Positions 37,247 through 50,100 of a stretch of DNA of 64,000 nucleotides are shown piece by piece. The position numbers and the translations under genes are program-made. Positions within the stretch are counted from its first letter, which is position 1, and each line of letters opens with the position of its first letter. The stretch covers positions 682,001 to 746,000 of the forward strand of contig AP026130.1 of assembly GCA_030295235.1 (NCBI GenBank), given 5' to 3'. The DNA comes from Fistulifera solaris. Taxonomy: Eukaryota. Below the pieces are notes generated by a model that did no database searches, was not told the DNA's origin, and saw only the letters and a program-made list of their open reading frames with translations.

Positions 37247-37684
37247 ATGAAGATCACTAGTTCACATTCATCGATAACATCCTGTTTGAAGGTTTTGCAA
37301 TCGAGCAGAGTGCCAGCAAATCTTAGATTTGCTGCTTTTTCTCAATCGGAAAGATTTGCGTCTAGCATTGCTTTTCAACCCTTTGCAGAGTCAGAGACGA
37401 CGATGGGCGAAGAATTTTATAAGTATCGGCAATACGGCTATCGCGCGGCTTCTCCGCGTCGTCGTTATGCCACTTCAGCAGCAAAGATACCTGTCGAACC
37501 CCAATCTTTACTATCGTTGGCAAATACTTCGGCGATGAAATATCCCGATGAATACTCCTTTATCATGGCATCACGATGCCCTGTTTCGTCAGAGCAGTGT
37601 GACAAAGTTCGTTTAGAGATTTCATCGAATCAGAAAGAAATGCCTTTGGAGGTCACGAAGAACTCGGTGGCCAAAAGACTTTGA
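37247..37684 (+). CDS. Hypothetical protein (S/R-rich N-terminus, possible mitochondrial presequence)
   Basis: ORF of about 145 aa in an otherwise intergenic space; no recognised motif. Confidence 0.4.
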   Translation: MKITSSHSSITSCLKVLQSSRVPANLRFAAFSQSERFASSIAFQPFAESETTMGEEFYKYRQYGYRAASPRRRYATSAAKIPVEPQSLLSLANTSAMKYPDEYSFIMASRCPVSSEQCDKVRLEISSNQKEMPLEVTKNSVAKRL

Positions 37685-38013
37685 TACATGTTTGATGATT
37701 TGATGATATGCGAATGCTTTGCCATTGAAAGCTCTTTCATTTTATTCAAGGTTATTTCCTATACAGTCCAGCTACAAAACATCATGTGATAGATAAATAC
37801 GTATAGACATTTAGATTAATCCGTGCAATGATGTTTAAATATTCTCTATAAAAAGTTGCACCGCCACGAAAGGGAAGAGAGAACACCAACGCGAGTGACA
37901 TCTGAACTAATTTCTTGATAAGATAAACAGTGAAAGGCGATTGAATTTGGTATGATTTGTTGCGACACAAGTTGAAAGTGATTTCAATAGCGAGAAACTA
38001 ATGCTTAATGTTC

Positions 38014-39798
38014 TCATCTAATACTAGGTATTTCGTACATGACCATGTACGCCGTTTCTCGAGAGTTTTCCAATGCTTCTGTCGATGATATGGACGAAAC
38101 ATAGGAGTCGTTAAAGCGCGTCCATCTTCTCTCCTTGTCGTCTTCGTACCAGCGACGCGAGTCAGCGGTGTAATGGCCACAACTTGCGGATGATCCTATA
38201 TGATTCACAACGCTTCGAATAGAATAGACATCCGCGGAGACGTCCGGTTTCACACAGTCCGTAGCCATAAATTCCGTCAAAACACTGAGATGATCGTGAA
38301 GCGACAGTTCTTCCTCAAATAGCACTGGGGAACGATTCTTGCGATACGTAACCGATGAATAGTCTTCGCTGACATCGACGATGAAGCGCTTGAAGTGAAG
38401 TAACAGAGCACGAGGAAGTCGAACAATTTCTGAGGTTTGTGTCGCACTGGAGCAAAAGCACTTTTCGCACTTGATTTCGCGCTTTTCTGGGGCGAAAAAC
38501 CGCCTCAAACCTTCATCGACACTCCCGCTGTCGGCCCCGATCTCCAGCGACAAGTGCCAAAACTTCTCTTTGTGTGTTCTTGAAAACTTGCAAGAGTCGC
38601 AAGTTAAGCGAATGCGCACCTCCGTGGTAAAATACTCCGCCAATGGGGACTCTGGCTGCGACGGTCCTTCGTTCGACGTTTCCATGGATGAATGGTCCAC
38701 TTCCGGTGCCGCAAGTGCGGATTTCTGTTCATCTAAGGGGTCATTTTCCTCCGTGTATCGAGTCAAGATCATTTCGGCAGTATTCATTCGACCACCGATC
38801 AGTTTACACCTTGGCTCGGATGCTGTCAGGAGACCGGGGAACGCGACAAGTGGCGATGACTGCGCATCGACACAAGAATGCGTTTCGTGCAGCAGCTTAC
38901 CAATGTCCTCAACACCCAGTTTTGAAAATGAGAACGGCATTTGATCTGTAAAGAAAGCTTTCAACTCTCCAGTTCTTGGCCGCTTGCTCGACGTCGGTGA
39001 TATTAGGTCCAATTCTTCCAATTGAGTGCCTAGCGCAGAACCACCCGAAAGAAACTCCCCGCGGCTTCTTTCTCGTCGCTCTGATGGCTGTGGAAATGAG
39101 TTTTCGGGGCGTTCTTTGTAGTCTTCGTCTAATAAATCCAGTAAGGTGGTCAAAAACTCGTGGGCGTCCTGTTGACGAAATCCCACAAACAAAGACGATC
39201 TCGAGTCAATGGCAGTCTTAAAATCATGCGGTTGCACAGTTTTTCCTTCTCTTAACAATCTCATCAACTTGAGAAACTCAGTTCGAAGGCCATTCCCATT
39301 CTCGTTTACTGTCTGCGATTCGAACTTGTCGTTTTCCAATGCATCAACAAAATTATCCAAACTCGCCAGCATTTGCAATGCCGAAGCCATGTAACACGTA
39401 TTTCCAAGGTTATGTAAGCCACCGAAGACGCCATTCGACGGAAGACTTGTGCTCCAGTCCATTAGCTCAGGGGCTTCCGGCTCGCTGGAAGCCGTGTCGT
39501 TCAAGAGTTCGTCAATGGCATTGTCCATCGAAATATCGTTCAAATCACTAATTTCTGCCGTTTCAGGCCGTGAATTTTGATCTTTGTTTATCATTTCATG
39601 ATCGCAACATGTAAATCGCGCACCACTGTCACTTTGGGATGTCGTAACATCGGCAATGTCTTCCACACGATCGCCAATACGTTCCGTTGCTAGCATTTGT
39701 CGGCTTTCGTGCTGATTCATGGATGAATCATCCTCGGCGTGATCGCCATAACATGACGGCGATAGCTGGAAATGAGATTGAGGGAGTAGTAGAGTCAT
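38014..39798 (-). CDS. Ubiquitin-specific protease (USP26/29/37-like)
   Basis: GLHNLGNTCYMAS, QQDAHEFL, LHFKRF, HIGSSASCGHY, FNDS. Confidence 0.92.
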   Translation of the reverse strand: MTLLLPQSHFQLSPSCYGDHAEDDSSMNQHESRQMLATERIGDRVEDIADVTTSQSDSGARFTCCDHEMINKDQNSRPETAEISDLNDISMDNAIDELLNDTASSEPEAPELMDWSTSLPSNGVFGGLHNLGNTCYMASALQMLASLDNFVDALENDKFESQTVNENGNGLRTEFLKLMRLLREGKTVQPHDFKTAIDSRSSLFVGFRQQDAHEFLTTLLDLLDEDYKERPENSFPQPSERRERSRGEFLSGGSALGTQLEELDLISPTSSKRPRTGELKAFFTDQMPFSFSKLGVEDIGKLLHETHSCVDAQSSPLVAFPGLLTASEPRCKLIGGRMNTAEMILTRYTEENDPLDEQKSALAAPEVDHSSMETSNEGPSQPESPLAEYFTTEVRIRLTCDSCKFSRTHKEKFWHLSLEIGADSGSVDEGLRRFFAPEKREIKCEKCFCSSATQTSEIVRLPRALLLHFKRFIVDVSEDYSSVTYRKNRSPVLFEEELSLHDHLSVLTEFMATDCVKPDVSADVYSIRSVVNHIGSSASCGHYTADSRRWYEDDKERRWTRFNDSYVSSISSTEALENSRETAYMVMYEIPSIR

Positions 39799-40286
39799 TT
39801 TATTACGTAGTAGGTGATATTGGAATGGAAATAAAGAGCTTTCCTCTTGGGATGAATGCAAACGTGGGCGGTGTATTTGTGGTCTTCCATCGACTGTGTG
39901 GACATGACGGCTAATTTTTTGCCTTGTCGTGTTCCGACGGTGTAAATCGTCGACAGTTGAAGAGGGCCAACGGAGAAAGGTAAAATTGACGAGCCCGCCG
40001 GGTCTACAGCTTAACGTAGTGTAGTGCAAATTCTATGAAATAGAAAGAACTCTATTTCTCTTATTGTTTCATAGTGAATCATCATTCGTATTTCTCCTTC
40101 AGCGCAAAACGTACGGAGTACGTACCGTAGTACTCACTGATTAATCAGTCCCACGACCACCAATCCCGAGTTGTTTCTTGGCAAGATTCATTCAAGACCG
40201 GCAACCTAGCTAGGTCTAAATTGAAGTCATCAAAATCAATCAGGTACGAAGTATGAAAAACACATTTTACTATTACGCGGGAAACA

Positions 40287-41098
40287 TTAGAGCTCGTCCT
40301 TAAAGAGCTCCTTCTCTTTAAAAGCTCGAACGGAACGAAGCGTAGCTAGCCCCCTCTGTCGTACTTGCTTTACTTTATCATCCTTCTCGCCGAGTAGTTT
40401 TGTGTAACGCGCTTGCAGTTGCGCCACTGAGTCACTGTACTGCTTCTCAATAGCAACTAGTTTGCCTTCCTCTACTTGGATCAAAGCATCCAGTTCCGCA
40501 TCGTCCATGGCGAGGAAGGCCTCAATTTTCGCCTTGGTCTCGGCATCACACAAGTCGACATTGGCAGCATTGCACATGGGCTCCGTCAGGTGTGCTTCGG
40601 CGAATTTCTCGTACTCGGCGGGGGTGTGCTCTTCGTTGAATGATTTCAAATGGGCGGGATCGCCCCACATTAAGCTTGGATAACCTCGAATTCCGTGTTC
40701 GTCGCACAGAATTTTGCCAGTTTTTGTCGTGCAGTCAACTTTTCCGACAAATCCAACCGGATGATCTTTCCATTTTTCTGCAAATTCGGCAAATTCGGGT
40801 TGCATCTTTTTGCAGTGGGGACACTAGAGTAGCAACACAAAGGCGTAGCACTGTCAGTTTCACGAACCTACAAAAACACAATGGAAGTGACGAACCACTA
40901 AAATGATTGCAACTCGTAAAGATTCCGCTCGTCAACATCACTTTCGCGACGGTTCGCGACACTTACCCAAGGAGCGTAAAAGAAGAGAAAGACCGTTTTG
41001 CCATCGGTCATTTCATCAAAGTTTTCCATCGTCAATTCGGGTACATCATAACCGTGTGCAGTGGTGAGAAAAGCCAGCAGGAAGAGCAAAACTCTCAT
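40287..41098 (-). CDS. ER PDI-like single-thioredoxin protein with coiled-coil tail (WCPHC, KDEL)
   Basis: Signal peptide; FYAPW|CPHCKK across intron 40824-40966; VGKVDCT, IRGYPS, C-terminal KDEL. Confidence 0.88.
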
Positions 41099-41524
41099 CT
41101 TGTGTCAGAAACAAATTTAGGATCGCAGCCACTTCGACAAATAAGGAAGATTGTCGGATTGTCAAAAGCTGGTTTGTTTCATCGATAATTGTTTTCTCTT
41201 GGCGCTTGGCGTTCCGACTTTTCCGAGACATTTTGTTACTGTTCAACTACTTATTGACACTGAGTGAAGAAAAGTCACAGTCATTGCCTTATCGAATTTT
41301 TTCGTCCCCTCGTTTCGAATCTGAATCCCGATAGAAATGTACATACAATCAGATAGTCCATGCTCGTGAATGAATGCATGAACGACAAAAACCATTTTGC
41401 TTTTTCAGCGCAAGGATCCTTATCTTGTTTATCGACCTTGTCATGACCTTTGACAAGTCGAGCCATAAACAACAATCAGGCCACGATATACTGATATTCA
41501 CGAAAGATCTTTTATTATTTCGAC

Positions 41525-42342
41525 ATGTCTTTCCGTCTTCTTGCTACGCTTTTCCTGGTCGGACTGAGCGTTGCGTATTCACTCAATGATCTGACAGCTG
41601 AAACTTATGACAAGATAACGGAGGGGAAGACCGTGTTCTTGAAATTTTACGCACCTACGGTAAGTCTCGGTGGAAGTGATCCTGCAAATGGTTTCCTTTT
41701 TTCGTACCGTGAAGCTTGATTCGAAGCTCTGTAGGTTTTGAATTATCAGGACTTTTCTTACCTTTTTGTTGCTTGCAATCTTCTATCGATCGTTTCCAGT
41801 GCGCCCATTGCAAGGCCATGGCACCGGAATGGGATAAGCTTGCCGAAATTTTCAAGGACCATGAGTATATTTTTGTCGGTCAGGTTGATTGCACTGATGC
41901 TAGAAACAAAGAACTCTGTGCTATGAATTACGTTCGAGGATACCCCACGATCCTTTACGGTGATCCACAGCATTTGGAAAAATACGAAGGTCCCCGGCTA
42001 TTTCTGGACTTGGAAAGATTTGTTGAGACTAGTCTGAAACCGATCTGTTCAGCTCACAATTTGGACTTGTGCGATGACGAAACCAGAGCGACCATTGAGG
42101 AATTGTTGACGCTCTCCTTCAAGGAATTGGACGAACGAGTTGCCAAGGCGGAAGAGCAGCTCCAAGCAGCTAACGAAGAATTCGAAAAGAAACTGAAGCG
42201 CATTCAAAATGATTATATCAAAGTTGCCGATAGGAAACAGGATGCGATTGATGCACTGAAGGATGACAATTTGGCGTTGATGAAGGCTGTGAAAGGTCAC
42301 AAAAAGAAACTGGCGAGACAAGCCGCTGCTTCGAGCATGTAG
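41525..42342 (+). CDS. PDI-like single-thioredoxin protein, paralog (TCAHC)
   Basis: Signal peptide; FYAPT|CAHCKA across intron 41660-41799; VGQVDCT, VRGYPT...GDP, coiled-coil tail. Confidence 0.88.
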
Positions 42343-43345
42343 GTAATGACTAAAATAAATTTGAACGAATTAAACTTCTCACTGCTAGACGGCCTACAAT
42401 GGACTCACAAAAGAAAAGCAATAATTACTAGGAACAAGGAAATAGCGCTGTTAAGTGTCTTGCGGCAATGAGCCACAACACCGGTTCATATCCAGTAAAA
42501 ACCTTAGTTACAAGATGAACCAAATCCAGAACGAGAAGAACCGTTTTATGGTCCCCTAGACGTATAGGAAAACCCAGATTATAAGACTAGACTCTAGACA
42601 AAAATTATTGATAATACTACTGTACGGAGTAGGTGGTCTATACGGTAAAGGAAAAAGCAAAATTTAACCCTCGAAAGGGTTGGACACCCGAGATGAGACT
42701 TGAACTCACAGCCTTTTCCTGTAGCAAGCAGTATAATAACTACGTTAGGAGGGAAACGCGCTACCATTGCGCCACACGGGCAACATTGTTTAATCCGTGT
42801 TGTGAGTTTTACAAACTTTAGAAACTGTTAACTAACTTCTACTTTGTACTTTAACATTTAACAGCTAAATTATCCGGTACTTATCTTTCATATCCACCTT
42901 GTTCAACATTACTAACTTCGTCGCCGTTGAGACATTTTTTCCTCGCTAAATCCGATTCATTCATTCATTCGTCCTTCACAAAACTAGAAACTACCACCAA
43001 GCCACCAAGTTTGATCTCTTCCGCCGAGACTTCCATTGCACTTACAACTCTTTGCAATCTAGTGCCCGAGGATCAGTATGTATGTGCGTCTAACAATTTT
43101 TTCAAATCAAATGTCGCGACATCCTAAAATATTGGAGAATGTACAAGGCAACTGCGTTGAAAGCTTGCTATTATCATCTAAATGCATGCATGTCATGGTG
43201 ATGAAAAGCTTCATTTCGATTCCTTCAACGGAGCTCCGCGACTGGATTTGCACAACCAAATGGAAAGATGAAAGATAGAGCAATCGTATTTCTCATATCT
43301 ACCAATTCCAAGTCGACTAAGCACAGATTGCTCAAACATTCAACC

Positions 43346-43921
43346 ATGGTCTGCGATGCTGCGATGATTTTAAGCACTCTTGTCACATTCGCTATGAACG
43401 GAGCCTGCTGCGTTTACCAGATGCAAGAAGACGAAGACCTCCGAAAATCCATTCGCAGAGATATTCGGGTCGAGTATGAAAGGCAACATGTGATCGATAT
43501 GGAACGGTGGGCTGAGCGAGACTCTAGAGAGCGAAAGCACGAAAATGAGTCATCGCTTGATCACGACCGTAGACAAAGGTTGCTTCATCAGAAGTTGGAT
43601 CTTTTAAATCAAGTTAGTCGAGATGGTGGCGTTCAGGAGCGAGACGGTGCGCCCGTTGCAGGTGCCTGGCTGGAGTCGTCCGAGCAAGCTTTTATGTCAA
43701 CCTGCAAGCATGATGGTTTGGCCAAAGTTTCGAAAGTAGCCTCGAAACGCTCTCGCTCGGCTACAACATCGAGATTTGCTCAAAGACGACTTGCACAAAA
43801 GATGGCCGCACAAGCTGCGTCATCGGACATGAGCTCGTTGCTGGATTCGGACAACGAAGATGACACGATTGACGACACAGCGGACGAGGAATCGTCGCTT
43901 GTTGATGTTGAGCTTCACTGA
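43346..43921 (+). CDS. Hypothetical protein
   Basis: 191-aa ORF with hydrophobic/Cys N-terminus, charged helix and acidic tail. Confidence 0.55.
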   Translation: MVCDAAMILSTLVTFAMNGACCVYQMQEDEDLRKSIRRDIRVEYERQHVIDMERWAERDSRERKHENESSLDHDRRQRLLHQKLDLLNQVSRDGGVQERDGAPVAGAWLESSEQAFMSTCKHDGLAKVSKVASKRSRSATTSRFAQRRLAQKMAAQAASSDMSSLLDSDNEDDTIDDTADEESSLVDVELH

Positions 43922-44030
43922 AGTATCGTATCAGCGAATTGCAAATTATAAGTAAAAGGATTATTCATGAGCAATATGGTGTCATTGATGGGTTATTCTG
44001 AATGTTCACAGTGTGTTGCAGTTTTAAGCA

Positions 44031-44540
44031 TTACAGTGATCCTCCCCTCGCTTTCTCACCGTGAGAAATTCCCACATCCAATACTGGTAAATCGATCCCC
44101 GCTGCACGTACAGCATCTATCTGATCCTCTGTTACCGTCCAGAGTTCATCAGCTTGGGCACCGTAGCCTGGACCACCACCAAGACTCGGGACAGGTCTTT
44201 GTCCGTAAAATCCTTCTCCAAAAGTACCGGTGACCATATCGTCAGTAACTGACTTCCATATGCCACTTGATACTTCGCGTGGATCAAAAAATAAATCGGT
44301 TTCGCTATCGTCTGCTCGAATGCACAGTGGAGCAACTTCGCCGTACTGCATCACAGCACACAGTCGGGGCTCTTTGGCAGCGTCGTATCTAATACCAACA
44401 AGATCATTCTCCAAAAAGTCTTCAGAAAGAGCGGGCATTTCGTTAATCGAGTGGACGCCTGACTTTCGCAGTACCCATGAATCAGCTGTGGTTATTAGAC
44501 TGAGTGCAGTAAGCTTGTATAGATTTATGAAGGAACTCAT
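44031..44540 (-). CDS. Hypothetical protein with signal-peptide-like N-terminus
   Basis: Clean 169-aa ORF with a Gly-rich EGFYGQRPVPSLGGGPGYGA segment. Confidence 0.6.
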   Translation of the reverse strand: MSSFINLYKLTALSLITTADSWVLRKSGVHSINEMPALSEDFLENDLVGIRYDAAKEPRLCAVMQYGEVAPLCIRADDSETDLFFDPREVSSGIWKSVTDDMVTGTFGEGFYGQRPVPSLGGGPGYGAQADELWTVTEDQIDAVRAAGIDLPVLDVGISHGEKARGGSL

Positions 44541-45368
44541 TTACACGGATTGAAAATCAAAAAATCTCACAGAAAGGGGAAGTGGAGCAAAGACGGCGAT
44601 GCGATAATCAGCTGCTAGTGGCTGAGATAGTTTGAATGCAATTCAGTCTCTAGATACCTTCTGTAAGTCTTATTTCTATGATTTCGAAACCATAATTATC
44701 CATCAAAAGTTTTCCGCCGTGCGATCTTTTTTGTGCAAACAGGCGGACGAGTAAAAGCCTTAAACGAGAACGAGTAAGAGTCAGTCACGAGATCCAACAG
44801 TGTCTCGAGTCACGAGTCTCATTCCTCCCCCTTTTCACAACCGAAAAACGAAAACGCCAAACGGCAAAACGGACGCAGAACGTAAAACTTACTTGTCTAT
44901 GTGGCGGAAGCCTTTGATAATAGAGTGTAGAGGACCTCGTACTGGAACCTAATTACTGAACGAACTACATTATAGCCTACTTCCCAGAAACTCTTGCGAC
45001 TATCAAAAGCTCTTCTTTTTTGATATCTCTCTTTCACAAAACGACTTCGCGAAAGTCACTGGTCACCGCTTTCCTATGTACCGATAGTACTTTCTCGTAT
45101 AGAGTAATGGCAATGACCACGAGACACGTGACCGGAAAAAGTCGTGTGAAGGTGAAAAGTGAAAAGTCAAAAAAGTCAACCGCCGCCGGCCAAAGGCAAC
45201 ACAGCATTTAATACAGCTCTTATTGTCATCACTAAACGTTGCTTGCCGTGCACCGGCTCACGAGTTCACGCTTCATGCATCATCTTGCATTGAAAGGCGA
45301 AATCAATAATATAATTCCCTTGTAATTCTGTTGATAAGCGAAGAAAGAACAGGCTAGTTGCGTAAAAA

Positions 45369-47016
45369 ATGTCGGATGAATCGTCAATCAATTCTGCTGA
45401 TCGAGAACGATCCGAAGACGAAGCCAGCGACGATGGATCATCTGATGAGGAAGGGAAGCGTGAAAAATCGGACAAGAAGGTCGCTCGAATTCAGCCTGGT
45501 AAGAAGTTACAGGCTAAATGGGATGATATGTTCGAACGCTTGATAGCGTACAAAAATGAACACGGAGACTGCTTAGTCCCAAACCGATACGCCAAAGATC
45601 CGCAACTGGGAAGTTGGGGTAAGTCCGGAAGCGCAACGCCGACGCTTCGGTACGTCTTCTCACCTTTCAATCTGCAGTCTCCACACAACGCAGGCATTAC
45701 AAGATTTTGATGTCGGACAGTGGTGATACAACACCTATGACACCAGCTCGAGCACGCAAGTTGGAAGATATTGGCTTCAAGTGGTCGACAAAAGATCCGC
45801 GTCATGTTCCTTGGGAATACCGATACAATCAGCTAGTCGCCTTCAAGGTAAAGATTGTTGTAAAGAAAGTAGATGCATGGTGAGCGGCACTAATTTTCTA
45901 TTCGTTTCGCAGGAAAAATATGGGCACACACAGGTTCCCATAGGATGGGAGGTAAGTGAAAAGAAGGATCAAAATTGATTCTTTGCTCTTGTTCGAATTA
46001 GTCTTACAGCTAGTGTGATCAAATGTCAGGAAAATATAAAACTTTCCAATTGGGTATCCACTCAGGTAAGTGATGATGCGGGTCACTTTTTGCCACGCTG
46101 TCGAGAAGTAAACTCAATCTTCTATCATTATTCATCCATTAAGCGGCAAGAGTACAAGCTGATTCAAAGTGGACGCCAAAGCAGACTTTCAGAAGCGAAA
46201 ATATCCCTTCTGGACGATATTGACTTTATTTGGGAGGCGCAAAGAGGTGGCCCAAGAAGGAAGCGCAAGGCAACTGTTGTTGTTCCATCAAAGCCGAATC
46301 CAGTGGATGCTAGAAAAGTAAAGACACGAACGGCGACTCGTGGTGGTAAAGCTGGAGGTTCCACTCGCGGTGGTAGCTTGTCAGCTCGTGATCCTTCGCG
46401 CAAAGTGAAGTCGGGTTCTGATGGCGGAGAACTCCACGATAGGCCTGAAAGTAGCGCACCAAATCAGCTACATGTTTCGCAGCGAGAATTAGTTGCCGCC
46501 AATAACAACAGTATGATAGGTATGAATGCTGGTACTGCTACTCTGTTGCAAGGTGCATATATCCCGACGTTGACGCAAACAGGATTATCCGGTATGGGCC
46601 TGCCAGGTTTGCAGCTCGCTACTAATCCATGGCAACTACTGGCAGCAAATAATGGAGCTTTTCAGTCTAGTATCCCGCCTACCATGGGACTTGTGGGTGC
46701 CAATAATTCATTTTTCCCTGTTTCGACACGGTTGGGATTAGCTCAACCTGGAATTCAGCAGTTCGGAAGTCCGCAGATAGACCCGTCCAGACAACTACTA
46801 ATGCAACAGGCAGCTCTAGGTCAACTATCCTCAATTCAGCACCAAACACACGCTTCAACGCTTCTAAACAACCCTGCCAGCGCCTTTAATAGGCCCATGG
46901 GCATCCAGAATTTGCAGCCGTTTCAGTTGCAGCAATTGTATCTACAGGGTAATGCTGCACAGCAAGAGGCTGCAAGCCCGGGCGGGATGCTCGAAAATTT
47001 ACCGCCGACTGAATGA
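45369..47016 (+). CDS. Helicase-associated (HA) domain protein, putative transcription regulator (5 exons)
   Basis: WDDMFERLIAYKNEHGDCLVP...LGSWVSTQR...LEDIGFKW and a second repeat WEYRYNQL...YGHTQVP...LSNWVSTQRQEY...LDDIDFIW; Q-rich tail. Confidence 0.85.
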
Positions 47017-47124
47017 TTTACTAGCGGGTATGAGGGAATAGCTCAGGTTGAAAGTTCGGTTTTCCGTGAGAACACCTAAGCCAAAGTACTAGGACATGTT
47101 CGTCTTGTCAAAGTTATTAAAAAG

Positions 47125-50100
47125 TTATCTTCTCTTTCTTTTGTCCCGTCCTCTCACAATGGTCGACATCTGCTCAACCAATGCGCCGCGATTCTTCTTT
47201 GTGTAGGATCTACCGTCCAATGGCATAAACGCGTATGGCTCATACTTTTGTCCTTTTCGCTTCACGTCACCACCTGCTTTCTTTGATTTGTAGGAGATAC
47301 CAAGCCCGCCTTTTTTTATCCACGCGTCGCCTTTTGGTCTCGCGAGGACGAGCCGACGTATCATCGATGTCATCTTGTGCTACTTCTTCTTCGTCGTCGT
47401 CCCTTATAATCAATTTTCCCGTGTTATCCATTTCAAATTCAGTGTCGCTTTCATCGCTTGCATGATTGTCGGCGAAATGAACATTCTTTGACATTTTACT
47501 GCCCAGCATGTCAACAACATCACCGTCTCCCCCGTCGGGTAACCGAAAACCGGATTCTGTGGTCCCTTTTTGTCGTGATTTGGCAGTATCAGCTCTCGAC
47601 ATAGTCGCCCCTTGTGACTTGATAGACTTTATGGATTTGTCTTTCCTAGTATTACTCGTCACTCTAGAGAATCCAGTCATTCCTGTCGTAAAGGTGACCC
47701 CATCGTCTGAATCTTCTTCATCCGATTCCAGCATGTCGTCGAAATTATCTTTTTCATTCGTCTGTGCCCCACGCTCCTTTTTTTCGCTGTTGCCGTTGCT
47801 CTAATTTGCGCATATGTGTCAACAATCTTGATTCAGACCCAGGGACGTAGGGGGTCAAAGCATCGTAACCAAATACCTTTACCAGTTTTTTGAGAATGAT
47901 CTTTATTTTCGAGCGAAATCGGTCCTTGCTTTTGTGATACGTCAACAGGGCTCTCACCAAGTCTGGCAGTAGCGGGGAAAGTTGATGGTACGGAATAGCG
48001 GCGACACATACACGAATAAATCCCAGGACGCTCTTAATAACCTCGCGTGAATCTTCCTCGGCGAGAACAAGAACCGTCTTCAGCATCGATGGCAGTAAAT
48101 CTTGAAAACTGCCATCGTCCTTTACATGCACGAAAGTTATTCTAGATATTGCAGTGACGGAAGCGGATCTCATATGAGGAGTCTCGGCACCTAAGCCCGC
48201 CGTAATCAAGCTCAAAAACTCAAGCGGGTTACTCTTCGAATACAACGCAAGTATGACTTGAAAGGCAGCTTCTCGCGTTTTAGCGTTCGTATCTTTTAAA
48301 CACAAAAGCAACTCGCCAGTGATACCTGAGAACTCCTTCTGCAAATAAAGATGTTCAGCACCGCAATCCTCATTAAAGAAGTAACCAGGTTTAAACGTAC
48401 CATATACTCTGCTTGATTCTCAGCTAAACCATCAATGAGTAAGTTGAGACACTTGAGTCGCATGTATCGAGCCGCAATTTGAGATGTCACAATTGTTCCT
48501 GTCAAGAGCGAAATTATTTCGCGCAATCGTTCCCTATCAACAACGAACGAATGATGTGTTCGACATACTTCAGCCATCACTTTGTAAGCCTTCTTTTTGA
48601 ACGCGAGGTCCGTGTTCATCTGTCCTTATTAGGGGTTTTAGCGCTCGATACAGGAAAGCTAGATTTGATTCGTCCATTTGCTTTGAGACAACAAGTGATT
48701 CCGCGAGGCTCAAAAGAGAACAAATTCTTTCGGTCTTCGGATTTTCTTCCTGGATCTCACCAAGTAGACGATGCATAAGCTTTTGAAAAAGGCTTCGAAG
48801 TAAGGTTGGAGCTGCTACTTTTGCTAGAGAAGAAATGGACTCGGTGACACATGATGCTTGTTGGCCAGCGATTCCAGAGTCTTCAACATCCATGGTCATC
48901 TGACCTCTACCGATGTTCTCCCCAGAATCGCTTACAAGTTTAAACATACAAGGTAGAAGGTTCGCAGCAGCTAATTCAACAATCTCTTTCCTTGATGTCG
49001 TGGCACCAACTTCTTCACGCCGAGTGGCTTCTCCCTCTGCGAGAATCTTAATTCCATTGCAAACAACGGGCTACAACATGCTATTTTAGGACCGTGCAAC
49101 TCGGTATTTCGATATGAGCGAGAATTTATACTTACCAACAGCTCAGGATATCGACGATCCTGTAAAACACGGACGAGGGTCGAGCTAAGAGGAACGATCG
49201 TTGCTTCGACGTCTTCTGGAAATCTGCAAAAGCACGGAAAAAGAGACCACAAGTCGATAACTCTCTGTCGATGGGCTGATGTTCCACTTTTAGATGATGC
49301 TGCAAGCTTATCAAATTTTCGTGCCATTACCAAGATATTGCTCTGAAAAAATGCAATATTGGGCTGTACGGGTTGTGACGCGTTTGCAGCTGATTTAAAA
49401 GTGGATAGCAACCATGCATTTTCGACTGACAATTCTGTAAGTGAATGCACTTTTAGCAATATAGGGACAATGGTTATCGAAATGGCTTGGCTAAACTTAC
49501 CATTTAACCCCGAGTCGGAATCCAGATCCAGCATTTTCCACGATAACTCAATCCCCATCTCTTGAACAACGATTCCGCAAGCATCTTCGACCGAACGACG
49601 AGCCGATGAGCCGGGTGGGACGGCATTTCTTAACTTTACCATCTGTACAAAGCTACCTGCTACGGGAATGGAATTGTAAAGTATCTTGATGAGAACAGCA
49701 AGACTTTTTATACCGACGCCACATGTGTCGATGTATGAAGGTTCCATAACGCGATCCATGAACCGCAGCGTGTCTCTAAGGCACTTTTCCATATCTACAT
49801 GTCGGCTGCTGGTTATGAACGACACTAAATGTGTTCGAAACAACTGGGTTAATCCAACCAGCAATGCTTCGCCAACAGCCGAATCGTCTCCCCCAATTTC
49901 GCTCGGACAAGACAGCAAAACCAGCATTTGAATTGTGATAGGCAGCAGCTTAAACACAACTGAGGAGTTTAAAGCCATCAACCGCCCCATTGCTATCAAG
50001 AGCGTTTGTCCATATTGAATTTTGCAATGCTCCACGATCTCTGCGTCAGCTACTCCCTGTCGAAGCACAAGTTTTGGGTGTAGTTGTAACTGAGTCGCAA

